Part shown: positions 1 to 9,906 of the stretch, piece by piece
How the letters are laid out: the number at the start of each line of letters is the position of its first letter
Numbering within the stretch: the first letter of the stretch is position 1
Virus record (IMG/VR): IMGVR_UViG_3300025018_000105
Length of the DNA: 55,106 nt
Source of the DNA: a virus
Reading direction: 5' to 3' (one strand)
Program-made: the position numbers and the translations under genes
The notes under the pieces: model-generated
The model's input: only the letters and a program-made list of their open reading frames with translations
What the model was told of the DNA's origin: nothing
Database searches by the model: none

Positions 1-5
1 CACTC

Positions 6-88
6 TCTCAGACATGCGAAGCATCATCTCAGACATGCGAAGCATCATCTCAGACATGCGAAGCATCATCTCAGACATGCGAAGCATC
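6..88. repeat. 4 tandem copies of 21-bp unit TCTCAGACATGCGAAGCATCA
   Basis: Units start at 6, 27, 48 and 69; the last lacks its final base. Confidence 0.95.
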
Positions 89-115
89 GAATCACAAACA
101 GGAGACACCTCACAA

Positions 116-481
116 ATGCGTTCACCAACCACCGTCATCCTCGGCTTCCTTGCCTTGGTGATCCTCGCCTACCCGTTCTATCTCACGGCCTATTGGTCCA
201 CCGAGAAGGAATACACCTTTATCGTCCAGCGTGTCGATCGTGAATGTGATGCAGACGGCAAGGGCACCACGTGCCGCAACTTCGTCTACGGACGGGGCGG
301 TGAGGTGTTCACCAATTCCGATGACCTCTTCTACGGCAAGTTTGACAGCCGCACGATCCAAGCGGGCTTCGAGCAAGGCACCAAGACCACGGTGCGGGCC
401 GTCGGCTGGCGCATCCCGTTTCTGTCGATGCAGCCCAACATCATTTCGATCGAACGCCAGCCGGTCGGAGCAGATCAATGA
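116..481 (+). CDS. membrane-anchored phage protein (DUF1523-like)
   Basis: AGGAGA RBS before ATG116, N-terminal TM helix, GWRIPFLSMQPNI C-terminus. Confidence 0.7.
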   Translation: MRSPTTVILGFLALVILAYPFYLTAYWSTEKEYTFIVQRVDRECDADGKGTTCRNFVYGRGGEVFTNSDDLFYGKFDSRTIQAGFEQGTKTTVRAVGWRIPFLSMQPNIISIERQPVGADQ

Positions 482-951
482 GTAAGGGAATCCACTTCGA
501 CCTGATGGAAGCACGGCACCTGTGCTCTGACGCCATCGACTGGCTGGAAGCCAACCCCGAGCAGCACACCACTGGTGACTTCATCCGTTACCGTGCAACC
601 GGGGACGCTGTTTATCATGTCCCGGAACCGGGCCGCGAGCAGGATTACTGCTACTGCTTCCTCGGGCGGGTGGCGCAAGAAGCCCGCAACCGGCACCCTG
701 AGCAATGTGAGGGGATCATGGCGGGGTCGCTCGCTTGCGCTGTCATCGCGCCGCTGAGCCTTCCTTTCTCCGATGCTTTCAAGGCGAATGATAGGCTGCT
801 GCGGCTGGAGCGTGCTCCTTCGACGTGGAAGCGTCTGATGATTGCGCTTGATCTTCGCACGCCCCACGAAAACACCCAGACCATCGCCACTCTTCGCCAA
901 ACGTTAGCTGAGAACTATGCGGCTCAAGCCACCAAGGAGCTTTTGTCATGA
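478..951 (+). CDS. hypothetical protein
   Basis: ATGA-coupled ORF with GGAG RBS. Confidence 0.7.
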   Translation: MSKGIHFDLMEARHLCSDAIDWLEANPEQHTTGDFIRYRATGDAVYHVPEPGREQDYCYCFLGRVAQEARNRHPEQCEGIMAGSLACAVIAPLSLPFSDAFKANDRLLRLERAPSTWKRLMIALDLRTPHENTQTIATLRQTLAENYAAQATKELLS

Positions 952-1181
952 ACGTCGCCAATGATGATGACCAGCCGGTCATGATCCCGATTTCGATCAT
1001 TCGCAGCCGCCTCAAAAAGCGCATCGGGCAGTTCGACGAAGCCCGCAAGAAGCTGTCCTTCTGGCAGGCTAAGCGCTACATACTCTTGTCCGGTGCGATC
1101 GTCGCACTACAGGCGGAGTTGGAAGACATCACTGCGCTCGAAGTCACCGCCCGGATCGCCGGAGAAGAGACGATCTCGTGA
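948..1181 (+). CDS. hypothetical protein
   Basis: ATGA-coupled, AAGGAG RBS. Confidence 0.7.
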   Translation: MNVANDDDQPVMIPISIIRSRLKKRIGQFDEARKKLSFWQAKRYILLSGAIVALQAELEDITALEVTARIAGEETIS

Positions 1182-1208
1182 ACCACCAACAATCAATAGG
1201 AGTGAATC

Positions 1209-1316
1209 ATGAACCGTTTTATCGACGCCCTTGAAAAGATTCGCGAGTATTCGTGGCCTGATTGCGTGTTGATCTTCATCGTGACTTTCATCATCACGCT
1301 GGTTTTCATTTCCTGA
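1209..1316 (+). CDS. small membrane peptide (35 aa)
   Basis: AGGAG RBS, hydrophobic C-terminus. Confidence 0.55.
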   Translation: MNRFIDALEKIREYSWPDCVLIFIVTFIITLVFIS

Positions 1317-1318
1317 TC

Positions 1319-2308
1319 ATGGCTGCCCAACCGCTCTTCGACGATGGTGTGCATTTTGTCCGCAACGCCCACAAGAACGATCGCCATCCGCTTCGTTTTG
1401 TAGTCACGCATCACAAGGCGACTGACTCCAAGCGCAATCGGCATGTCGATACGTTGGTGAACGCGATCGAGGTCGCGAAGACCTTCACCAAGGCCGCCAT
1501 CGTCGAGAGCACAAACGACAAGGTGTTGTTTGAAGGGCACGGCAAACCGGCACCACACCCGGTTGCTGTGCCCAAGAAAAACGCGCATACCGCAAAGCCG
1601 AACGAAGCTACTACACCAAAACCTAAAAAAGGCGCGCTGCCAAGCTTTGCGTCGTCCTACTTTACCTGCAAAATCGCCAACCCAGCGGCACAGGTGTGGG
1701 AATGCACGGCGATGCCGGGTGAGCGTAAGTCGGCTGGTCGCAAGCACACCGGAGGCAAGGAGCCCACCGTCGCTCAGTTTAAGCATCGCAAGGGCGAGTG
1801 CGCTGTGCTTTTATGGCAAGTGCCGGTCCGGGATTGTGATGGGCACATCAAGGTCTTCACGAACTGGATCGAAGCAGACGAACATGCACAGGCGCTTTAC
1901 CGGGAAGCCTACGAAGAAGATGGTGCCATCACATGGCGCTCGGGCGACGTGGTTATCCAACGCCTGACCGATGTCGAGATTTGTTTCGATCCCTCGGAGA
2001 GCGTCCACAAGCCTTTCTACCTTGTGATCAACAAGCATGGGTTTCGCAAACCCTACTACCAATCGTTCCGCCCCCATAAGTATGCCACGGCATCAAAGAA
2101 CGCTGATGGTTCGGTGTATCAGCCTCCCAACCCGGAAGCCGCCGAAGCGATGGATTTCAATCGAAAGCTGAGGGCGATGGAAAATGAAGAATATCGCGGC
2201 TCTGGCCTGACCGAAGTGATTGCTCGTTTCAAGACTCCATGGGAAGCGGAAAAGAAAGCGATCGAACTGGAAATCACATATTGTGGAAATGGAGACCTTT
2301 ACTCATGA
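1319..2308 (+). CDS. hypothetical protein
   Basis: Long ORF in operon orientation; start uncertain. Confidence 0.7.
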   Translation: MAAQPLFDDGVHFVRNAHKNDRHPLRFVVTHHKATDSKRNRHVDTLVNAIEVAKTFTKAAIVESTNDKVLFEGHGKPAPHPVAVPKKNAHTAKPNEATTPKPKKGALPSFASSYFTCKIANPAAQVWECTAMPGERKSAGRKHTGGKEPTVAQFKHRKGECAVLLWQVPVRDCDGHIKVFTNWIEADEHAQALYREAYEEDGAITWRSGDVVIQRLTDVEICFDPSESVHKPFYLVINKHGFRKPYYQSFRPHKYATASKNADGSVYQPPNPEAAEAMDFNRKLRAMENEEYRGSGLTEVIARFKTPWEAEKKAIELEITYCGNGDLYS

Positions 2309-2682
2309 GCGACTACGATCCTGAGAAGATCATTGACTATCTCGAAAAACTCGTCGCTGAACAGCAACAGATGATTGCTGACCGCAACGATGCGATCCGA
2401 CTGTTTCGTCGTGAGTCAACCGATCGCCTATACATGATTCATGCCCTTGTCTCGCTGCTGGGTCCCAAGGCCTTACAGGTCTGGCGGCAATGGCAGGGGA
2501 AGAGCGTTCAGCGTATCCACCACGATTGGGGCCCGGAAGCCCACAATCTTGATGGTGAAGGACGGGCGCAAGTTTTGCTTGACTTCGAAGCTGCTTCGGT
2601 CAACAGCACATCCATCGAGGATGCGGATGCCCACATCGAATCAATTCGTGGCTCCGCTGATAAGCAAGGAGATGAGTTGTGA
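2305..2682 (+). CDS. hypothetical protein
   Basis: ATGA overlap, GGAG RBS. Confidence 0.7.
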   Translation: MSDYDPEKIIDYLEKLVAEQQQMIADRNDAIRLFRRESTDRLYMIHALVSLLGPKALQVWRQWQGKSVQRIHHDWGPEAHNLDGEGRAQVLLDFEAASVNSTSIEDADAHIESIRGSADKQGDEL

Positions 2683-2896
2683 AAGCTGGCGATCGCGTTC
2701 GCTGCATTCATCCAGCCGAAGAGAATGTCCCCTTGGTGGAAGGGGAGGTCTATATTGTTCGGCATATGGGACCTACCTCGCTCTGACGGGCGAGGAGCCT
2801 GAGATCAATATCGCAGAAAAAGCGGTTATCTTACAAGACAGGAGCGGCATTTACATGGAATCTCGTTTCGAACTTTTGGAGGAAGACGAATCATGA
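2679..2896 (+). pseudogene. small gene split by an apparent 1-bp frameshift near 2758
   Basis: VKAGDRVRCI...EGEVYIV continues in another frame as SAYGTYL...RFELLEEDES. Confidence 0.5.
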
Positions 2897-3330
2897 ACAA
2901 GTCCAAGGTCATTGGCTTCGCTGATCTGATTGGAGAAGCTGAGTTCACCATCGTGCCTCTGAGCCCGCGCCATCCGTTTGACAATGATGCGAACGGCGTT
3001 GCATTCATGCTGGGTGACACGATGTTCTTTTGCTTTGAAGACCCGGATGATGGGTATCGGGCCACGGCCGGGCCGTTGTTGACGGGACAAGGTGACGCCT
3101 ATGCATTTGGAAGTGGTTACACCACACAATACATTAAAGAACCGGTGCTTGTCGCTCACATCGACGACAACTACTGGGACATCCTGCGTGTTACCAGCCG
3201 CATCACGGGACAAGTGATCTTCGAGATCGGCACGTCGAACGTCGATGACTATTACCCGTGCTACCACGAGGAGTGGAACCCGGCTGGTCTTTCGGCTAAT
3301 GCTCGGGTTCGTATCAAGATGGAGGACTGA
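2893..3330 (+). CDS. hypothetical phage protein
   Basis: RBS GGAGG; FEDPDDGYR and GTSNVDDYYP motifs. Confidence 0.75.
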   Translation: MNKSKVIGFADLIGEAEFTIVPLSPRHPFDNDANGVAFMLGDTMFFCFEDPDDGYRATAGPLLTGQGDAYAFGSGYTTQYIKEPVLVAHIDDNYWDILRVTSRITGQVIFEIGTSNVDDYYPCYHEEWNPAGLSANARVRIKMED

Positions 3331-3678
3331 ATGGAAGGCATTTTGGTAGTTATCACCCAGACGGTCATGGCTTTTGGAATCTATTTCAGCGGCGCGCTGC
3401 TTTCCCTGACGTTCCGCAACGTGATCGGTTCTCCCTTCTTGGGCTTCCGCCCTTTGAAGTTTGAAGATGTGCTCCTTGATGGAATGTTGATTAAGCGAGA
3501 CACGGACTAGATGATGCTCTTTTGTTGGCCCGTCGCGATCGTGCTGTGGGACGTAACCCGGTTGCTTTTATCTTTACCAAAGCGCTTGACATTGCGAGTG
3601 GTTCTACTAACGAACAAAGTAGGTAATCGAATCATCGAAACGAAGAATCGCTACATCACCGGAGGACGCAATGACTGA
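3331..3678 (+). pseudogene. membrane protein gene with in-frame TAG at 3508-3510
   Basis: GGAGG RBS; frame stays open after the TAG to TGA3678. Confidence 0.5.
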
Positions 3679-3722
3679 ACTTTCCAAGATTGGAGCCGCA
3701 ATGGGTGCGCGGGGTGGTGAAT

Positions 3723-4088
3723 ATGTCTGACGAAAGTCTCACCCAGTCACCGACCAAGCGCGAAATCATTCTTCTGCTTATTGTCATCGCTTTTGCGCTG
3801 GCTTACGCTGCGTTCCTGTTGACCTCACCACCCAACGAGACGACAGCCGAGCAAAAGCCCGAGCAAGTGTCCGCCGAAGAACCGGCACTGCTGATCGTGC
3901 GATGTGGGTCGGCTGCAACCGAAGGTGCGGACCTTGCGATTAAGGCTACTGGCTTCATCGTCGAACAGGTTGATGGCGTCTTGGTGGTCACCACCTTCCA
4001 TCACAACCAACCTGTCCAGACGCAAGAAGGCGACGACCTTCTCTGCACCGTCACGATGGAGAACGACAATGAAACAGCCGCAGGGTAA
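3723..4088 (+). CDS. membrane-anchored hypothetical protein
   Basis: Single TM segment. Confidence 0.65.
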   Translation: MSDESLTQSPTKREIILLLIVIAFALAYAAFLLTSPPNETTAEQKPEQVSAEEPALLIVRCGSAATEGADLAIKATGFIVEQVDGVLVVTTFHHNQPVQTQEGDDLLCTVTMENDNETAAG

Positions 4089-4443
4089 TCGCGAGGCCAA
4101 GCTGGCGCTCATCAACACGATCCTCAACGCCTATCATACCACCCGCGTCTTTCAGACGGACCCAGCCGTTCATATCTTGAGCAAGCTGGGTGGTGATCTC
4201 GATCGTCGGATTACCGAGATCGCAGCCGGTGAGCCGGAACAGGCAGAGCCGACGACGGCCACACTGCTGGCACAGGCCATGCATGTCGAGCAGTTGCTTT
4301 ACGCGAACTTTCTGGACAAGAAGCGTGAGTCAATCGACTCCGAAGACCGGATGAAATATCAGCGTTACGCCCAGAGTTCGGCGGCGCGCATGGCCGCGCT
4401 CGAAAGCGTTCGTCTCCGCCAACGGCAGATGACGCAAACATAA
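4069..4443 (+). CDS. hypothetical protein
   Basis: GGAG RBS, overlaps upstream gene. Confidence 0.65.
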   Translation: MKQPQGNREAKLALINTILNAYHTTRVFQTDPAVHILSKLGGDLDRRITEIAAGEPEQAEPTTATLLAQAMHVEQLLYANFLDKKRESIDSEDRMKYQRYAQSSAARMAALESVRLRQRQMTQT

Positions 4444-4475
4444 AAAACACCAACAACCAATTAGGATCACTTTTC

Positions 4476-4757
4476 ATGTTCGACAACCCTCAATGGGTCG
4501 CAACCTCTTTGCGTCAATTTACCGCCTCGGTTGGTATTATTCTGGCTACGCTCAATCTCATCGAGCCTACGATATGGGACCAGATTGCACCAGCCGTGGT
4601 GTCCATCATCCTGATCGGCTACGAAATCTGGCACTCTCACGAACGGGAGATCGAGATGAACAACCTGCAACAATCCAACCACCTGTGGGCTCTGGCCGCC
4701 CGTAAGGCTGTCGATCCCATCGAGCGCGTCCAGATGCGGGAGTCCGCCCATGGCTGA
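4476..4757 (+). CDS. small 2-TM protein (holin-like topology)
   Basis: Two hydrophobic helices, charged tail. Confidence 0.55.
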   Translation: MFDNPQWVATSLRQFTASVGIILATLNLIEPTIWDQIAPAVVSIILIGYEIWHSHEREIEMNNLQQSNHLWALAARKAVDPIERVQMRESAHG

Positions 4758-5097
4758 TAACGTCCATCACTTGCCCACTACCAACGCCAACATCACCATG
4801 CCGGGCGACATCACACCGAGCGCCCGGCACCGGGCCGCTGAGTGCTGTCGTCAGGCCAAGTGGACGCCGCACATCTGTGACGAAATCGCCGAGGGCAAAC
4901 ATGATGGTTACACAATTGTGCAGGCCTTTGCCCATATCGAGAAGCTGGAGATGGCGATCATCGACTACGAGGAGGCCCGTCACCATAACGTGACACTGGG
5001 TAATGACGAATACATAGACGCCCATCTCGATACCTCGCTCCATATGCATTTTCTGGCTATCAATGGCTTTCCGCTATTGGAAGAAATAGGAAGATAA
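4750..5097 (+). CDS. hypothetical protein
   Basis: GGGAG RBS. Confidence 0.65.
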   Translation: MADNVHHLPTTNANITMPGDITPSARHRAAECCRQAKWTPHICDEIAEGKHDGYTIVQAFAHIEKLEMAIIDYEEARHHNVTLGNDEYIDAHLDTSLHMHFLAINGFPLLEEIGR

Positions 5098-5098
5098 C

Positions 5099-5458
5099 AT
5101 GCCACTGACCGCTCCCGCATACGCCAGCACATACAACGAGCCCGGAAGCTGGAGCCGCCTAAGCCAAGGGTGGCCTTCCACACCCTACACCGCTGGGAAG
5201 CTGCTGCTTTGCACGAAAGCCGGTGTGGTGCCTTATGGCTCTTACGTCATTGTTGGCGCGAAACGGAGCGACCCGGCTCCGCACACAGCACCGTATATGC
5301 GGGCACCGTCAGAGCATCCTTATTACGACTACAGCGAGGCGCTGATCCGCTGTGAAACCGAGGAACTACGTGATCGGCTGGAGGAAGTCCATCGTCAGAT
5401 GTTCGTCATTTGTCGTGGCCATTTTCTCAGCGAAAGAACCAATGGAGAGTTTGCATGA
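5099..5458 (+). CDS. hypothetical protein
   Basis: AGGA RBS. Confidence 0.6.
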   Translation: MPLTAPAYASTYNEPGSWSRLSQGWPSTPYTAGKLLLCTKAGVVPYGSYVIVGAKRSDPAPHTAPYMRAPSEHPYYDYSEALIRCETEELRDRLEEVHRQMFVICRGHFLSERTNGEFA

Positions 5459-5583
5459 AGCACAGCTTCCCGCCTGATAGCTACCTTCGCGGACATAATG
5501 ATAAGGTCGGTCAATACATCTACCGCTGCAACGTCGAGAAATTCCTTCACGACGGAGAGTCCGCAACAATCGAGGATTGGTAA
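5455..5583 (+). CDS. small hypothetical protein (42 aa)
   Basis: ATGA overlap, GGAG RBS. Confidence 0.5.
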   Translation: MKHSFPPDSYLRGHNDKVGQYIYRCNVEKFLHDGESATIEDW

Positions 5584-5747
5584 TGAGAACCCTTGCATAT
5601 CTTATCCGCGAAAGCCGCCCCAATATGGCTCCTTCGATTATGTGCGGCAAGATGTTCAAATCACGCGAGGCGGCCGAAGCCGCCGCTGAGCGCCTGTCTA
5701 ATCATTGGCGGACTTGCACGGTTGTCCCGGTCAAGGAGGTATTTTAG
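5583..5747 (+). CDS. small hypothetical protein (54 aa)
   Basis: TAATG coupling, GAGG RBS. Confidence 0.55.
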   Translation: MRTLAYLIRESRPNMAPSIMCGKMFKSREAAEAAAERLSNHWRTCTVVPVKEVF

Positions 5748-6184
5748 TGCCACACAAATGGGAACTCTACAAGGACAAGGCGGGCGAGTATCGCGTCCGG
5801 TTCAAATACAATTCCGAAGTGATGTTCGCGACCGAGGGCTACTCCTCTAAGCAAGCGGCTTTGGCCGCGATCCAAAGCGCCAAGAAAAATATGCCCGGTG
5901 CAGAAGTTTTCGACAACACAGGCTTCGAAACCAAACCGGTTAAGAAACCAAAGAAGACCCGCCTCCAACGCGCCATGGAAGAGCACAAGACCGAGATCAC
6001 GTCAGCGATGAATGAAGCGATCGCCGCCAGCCTTGTGGTGACCGCACATTGGGCCGATCCTATGACACAGGAGGGAATCATCATTGATGTCTGGGTAGGT
6101 AACAAGTGCGTCAAGTCAGTTCGTATGATCGACCTTGACAAGAAATCCCCCCACGGACTGTTTCAGCTTCCCGATAACGCTTGA
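5747..6184 (+). CDS. YegP/DUF1508-domain protein with C-terminal extension
   Basis: WELYKDKAGEYRVRF...EGYSSKQAA motif; AAGGAGG RBS. Confidence 0.8.
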   Translation: MPHKWELYKDKAGEYRVRFKYNSEVMFATEGYSSKQAALAAIQSAKKNMPGAEVFDNTGFETKPVKKPKKTRLQRAMEEHKTEITSAMNEAIAASLVVTAHWADPMTQEGIIIDVWVGNKCVKSVRMIDLDKKSPHGLFQLPDNA

Positions 6185-6209
6185 CATACCGGATAAATTG
6201 TCCTATCCC
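6181..6209 (+). promoter_or_regulatory. sigma70-type promoter with conserved GGAtaaATTGTCC spacer
   Basis: TTGACA-17-TATCCC; similar promoters at 11630, 13944, 19561, 22355, 29689 (+) and 32080, 39712 (-). Confidence 0.8.
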
Positions 6210-6241
6210 TGAATCACCGAAACGAAACAGGAGATAGACAG

Positions 6242-6511
6242 ATGAACAAAGAACGCCGCAAGCAGATCGATGGGATCATCGCCCGGATTGAACAGGAGCT
6301 TTCCCCTCTCGTGGATGAACTCCGTGGGGCGATCGAGGAAGTCCGCGATGAAGAGCAGGAATACTTCGACAACATGCCGGAGAGCTTGCAAGGCGGTGAC
6401 AAGGGCAACCTTGCTGAGGCTGCGGTCGATGCGCTTGAAGAAGCTGTGAGCGGGTTCGACGATCTCGATCTCGAAGGGCTGATTAACAACCTCTATACCG
6501 CGCAGGAATAG
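6242..6511 (+). CDS. conserved acidic phage protein
   Basis: MNKERRKQI...EEQEYFDNMPESLQ motif; strong RBS. Confidence 0.8.
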   Translation: MNKERRKQIDGIIARIEQELSPLVDELRGAIEEVRDEEQEYFDNMPESLQGGDKGNLAEAAVDALEEAVSGFDDLDLEGLINNLYTAQE

Positions 6512-6514
6512 CTG

Positions 6515-6997
6515 ATGGCTGACATCTCACAATGGTCCGAGACCCGCAAGGCTGACCGCCTCAAGATGGCCAACCATCTGGCGGTGGCGGCGTTCGATGC
6601 AGGGGCTATCGTCGCCATCGAAGACCGGGCGCTGACCCGCTTTCGCGACGGCTCTGGTAATCCCAAAAGTCGCGAGGTTTACGTCCGTATCGAGGCACCG
6701 GGCGGTGCTTACATCACCATCGAGTTCGACGGTGACACGTGCCAGAAGGGAGTCTACGTCGATACTTGGCAAGGACCGCGCGACGGTAAGCGCTGGATCA
6801 GTCCTCGGCTGGGTGACGTAAACCCGCATCATTGGTCCAAGCTCACACGGGCAGTGCAAGGCTTTCCGGCTCTGGTCAATATCATCGTTTGTGACATCGC
6901 GGCTTTTCGTGAGGGCTGGGGTTACCTGACCGAAGAAGACGAGCAGATCAAGGTGATGCGGACTCTCCAGCGTCAGCGAGGCTTGTCGCTGGTATGA
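6515..6997 (+). CDS. hypothetical protein
   Basis: Operonic ORF. Confidence 0.7.
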   Translation: MADISQWSETRKADRLKMANHLAVAAFDAGAIVAIEDRALTRFRDGSGNPKSREVYVRIEAPGGAYITIEFDGDTCQKGVYVDTWQGPRDGKRWISPRLGDVNPHHWSKLTRAVQGFPALVNIIVCDIAAFREGWGYLTEEDEQIKVMRTLQRQRGLSLV

Positions 6998-7133
6998 GGA
7001 AGCCGCATGAGCCGGTCTCTCGAAGAGCGCGCTCGGGAACTAACCGAGCGCGTCAACCTCGAAATTCGCTTCCAGTGCGCCGAATGGCTTGGCCGCTTGT
7101 TGTCGCGGTGGAAGCGTATCAAGCGGTAACTGA

Positions 7134-7532
7134 ATGAGTAACAACTATCCTCGAACTTACGCGTCTTTGAGAACCGCGAAGATCGCAATCAACAAGGCTG
7201 AACTTGGCCGCGAGATCGTGCGCTACGACCGGCTTGGTGAAGATACGGCCCATCGGCTTGCTCGCGTCCGTCCCGTCGTTCTGGTGGATGACGAGCAACA
7301 GGCACGTGAGGTCAAAAGCAAGGGATATGTCACCGAGATCAAGCCCACACGTTTTTGCGAAGGGGCAACCGTCCGACTCAAGGACAGCGTGCCCAAGCAG
7401 CGTATGGGAGAATTGGCGGTGATCGAGCGTTTTTTGAAGGGCTTGAAAGGCGTATATCTGGATCGTCCTATGGGAGGAACCCGCTACTGGAACCTCAAAG
7501 ATTTGGTGTTGATCGCACCGGGAGTTCACTAA
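7134..7532 (+). CDS. hypothetical protein
   Basis: Operonic ORF. Confidence 0.65.
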   Translation: MSNNYPRTYASLRTAKIAINKAELGREIVRYDRLGEDTAHRLARVRPVVLVDDEQQAREVKSKGYVTEIKPTRFCEGATVRLKDSVPKQRMGELAVIERFLKGLKGVYLDRPMGGTRYWNLKDLVLIAPGVH

Positions 7533-8218
7533 TGGCTGACACGCAAGAACCGATCATTGAGCCGGTTAAAGGACCGGGACGCAAGAACGCGACGAAGACC
7601 ATGCACCCGGCGTTTGCCCAAGTCTCCGCTTCGCGTCGCTCAGGACATCTAGCCCTTTATGGCTCGGATTTTGTTCACAACAACCACGTGGTTCTGTCCA
7701 TCTCGACGAGCGAGCTTCATCGCGATCTGTCGAATGACAGGCATTTCGATCGCGAAAAGTTGATCGAGATCGCTCTGAGCGCAGCACAGTGGGCGACACT
7801 CGTCTCCTCCCTCAACGTCGGCTCTGGCGTTCCCTGCACCTTGCAGTGGCACGGCGAACGCATCCCCGCCCTGCCGATGCCTTCCAGCCGGGCCGATCAA
7901 TTCGGTAAGGAGATGCAGAAGGATTTAGCAGAGGCAATCAAGGCGCTCGACACGCTGCTGGCCAGTATTGATGACATGAAGGTGTCGAAGGTCAAGAAGG
8001 ACGAAATTCGTCGCAATGCCGAGGTGGCCCGTTCGAAGCTCACCAGCGCCGCGCCTTTCGTCGCCAGTCAGTTCGGCGAACACATGGAAGAAGTGGTCGA
8101 AGCGGCGAAGATCGAGGTGCATGGCTACACCCAGAACTTGATCGCCCGTGCAGGGCTTCATACCATGACCTCAAACGTAAGTGATCCGCTCCAACTTCCC
8201 GACGAAACTGATGATTGA
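7532..8218 (+). CDS. conserved phage hypothetical protein
   Basis: HPAFAQ...LYGSD...QWATLVSSLNVGSGVPCTL motifs. Confidence 0.75.
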   Translation: MADTQEPIIEPVKGPGRKNATKTMHPAFAQVSASRRSGHLALYGSDFVHNNHVVLSISTSELHRDLSNDRHFDREKLIEIALSAAQWATLVSSLNVGSGVPCTLQWHGERIPALPMPSSRADQFGKEMQKDLAEAIKALDTLLASIDDMKVSKVKKDEIRRNAEVARSKLTSAAPFVASQFGEHMEEVVEAAKIEVHGYTQNLIARAGLHTMTSNVSDPLQLPDETDD

Positions 8219-8266
8219 CGCTGACCGCAACTTTTGTTAGACAAGCAGTGAATCAAGGAGACAACA

Positions 8267-8767
8267 ATGACCTTTACCCCATATTTCAAAGGCCTTACGT
8301 TGACTGTCGGGCTGCCCGGTGCGGGAAAGAGCACGTGGGCTGACAATCACCTGCCCCATGCGACGCTTCGCCTTGAACGTGATCGCGCCCGCGAGTGTCT
8401 GTTCGGTTCGCGCAAGGCCTACTGGAGCCATCCGCTGCCCAAGGAGGTTAAGTCGTTTATGGTCACCGACATGATGATGTCGGCCATGAAGCTGTGGCCC
8501 CAAGACTCGTGGGCCGTCACGGACACCGGCATGATGCTGGGCTCGTATCGTCCGTTCATCAGTTTTGCCAAGATGCGGAACGCTCCGATCAAGGTGATCG
8601 TGTTCGAGCGCACCGAGGAATACATCCACGAGATCAACGAAAAGCGCGAGCCCACCCACCGTGTTGACGGTGCAATCATGGAGGGCTTTCTGCAAGCCTT
8701 CAACGACCCGGATGCATGGTGGAAGAGCAACAAGGAAGGCTTCCAGATCATGGTGGACCGCAACTGA
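8267..8767 (+). CDS. polynucleotide kinase-like P-loop protein (AAA_33)
   Basis: VGLPGAGKSTWA Walker A, RDxxR motif. Confidence 0.8.
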   Translation: MTFTPYFKGLTLTVGLPGAGKSTWADNHLPHATLRLERDRARECLFGSRKAYWSHPLPKEVKSFMVTDMMMSAMKLWPQDSWAVTDTGMMLGSYRPFISFAKMRNAPIKVIVFERTEEYIHEINEKREPTHRVDGAIMEGFLQAFNDPDAWWKSNKEGFQIMVDRN

Positions 8768-9834
8768 TGCTGCTGACGACGCTTGCAATCCTGTTTGGCA
8801 CGGCTCTCGCCGCCGAAGCTGGCATCGCCACGTATGGGGCGCTGCGTCGTGAGTTGTGGGAGCCATCACTTGCCGAGTCGTTGATCAGACGCGACACTGG
8901 ATGGAAGCTCGTCGAGACGGTCGAGGTCTACCGCAATGAAATCATGCGTGGACAACACGACCACATACGCGATGACAGCTTTGACGTTGAAGTCGCCAAG
9001 ATAGCCAAGAAGCGTGACATCGATTACGACCACTATTCGATTGACTGGCGCTTCGGGTGCATTGACTCTGAGAACGGCGAAAAGCTCGGGCCGGGCTGGT
9101 TCCGTTCGCGGTATCCCTCAGACTATTTCCACGTCTTCTTCTACAAGGAACCGCCAGAACCCAAGCCAGAACCCAAGCCGATATTCGATCTATCAACCCC
9201 GTCGTTCGACATGGATGAAAAGATCGCCACGATCATCAACTTCATGCGACAGCCATCGGCTTTCTGGCTGGCCCCGGACTTCACAGGCGGGGCGAACCTG
9301 CGTGACGGTATGACGCCGTTCTGGTCTCGCAATCCTATCGTGCCGGTTCTCCGCTACACACGCAACAAGACGTGGTTAGCCGAAGACCACAATGGCTTGG
9401 AGCGTTACGCAGACCTTCACTGGGACGCGAACCACAAGATGAAGTTCAAGGTAATATACGACGACGAGAACCGAAAGCCATCTTACCATTACGACTTACG
9501 CGAAGCCATGTATGCGATCGGCCGCCACTTCGAGCGTTGCTTAGGCGTCGCGCCTGATGAGTTCATTGACATGGTTCGCTGGCAAATTGGCATCGAAGGC
9601 GATTGCCCGGAACAACACGCTCGTTTCCAGAGCGACGAATACGCAAAGCTGGTCCGGCGTCTTTCGCAAACAGGACTGTCGATTAGCGAATTTGAAAAGG
9701 CCTGCCGTTGGTTGAACCCGTCACGTGGCGTCGTGCCTTCACACTTCGCCGAACAGAGCGTGTCCATGATCGAAGGACCAAACGGCGTCGCTGAGTTTAC
9801 GGCAAGCGAGCGTTACCGATTGTTGCAAGCATAG
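8767..9834 (+). CDS. hypothetical protein with N-terminal signal/TM segment
   Basis: TGATG coupling, hydrophobic N-terminus. Confidence 0.65.
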   Translation: MLLTTLAILFGTALAAEAGIATYGALRRELWEPSLAESLIRRDTGWKLVETVEVYRNEIMRGQHDHIRDDSFDVEVAKIAKKRDIDYDHYSIDWRFGCIDSENGEKLGPGWFRSRYPSDYFHVFFYKEPPEPKPEPKPIFDLSTPSFDMDEKIATIINFMRQPSAFWLAPDFTGGANLRDGMTPFWSRNPIVPVLRYTRNKTWLAEDHNGLERYADLHWDANHKMKFKVIYDDENRKPSYHYDLREAMYAIGRHFERCLGVAPDEFIDMVRWQIGIEGDCPEQHARFQSDEYAKLVRRLSQTGLSISEFEKACRWLNPSRGVVPSHFAEQSVSMIEGPNGVAEFTASERYRLLQA

Positions 9835-9906
9835 AATTTTTAGGTTGCCAACTAAGATATATTTTCCTATGACCCAAGGACCCGAAGCAAAAGGAGGGAA
9901 TGAATT

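Noticed and set aside
6-88. CRISPR array
   Set aside because: Units are contiguous with no spacers, and there are no cas genes.
14-115. MRSIISD-repeat N-terminal extension
   Set aside because: By-product of the 21-bp repeat; the RBS points to ATG116.
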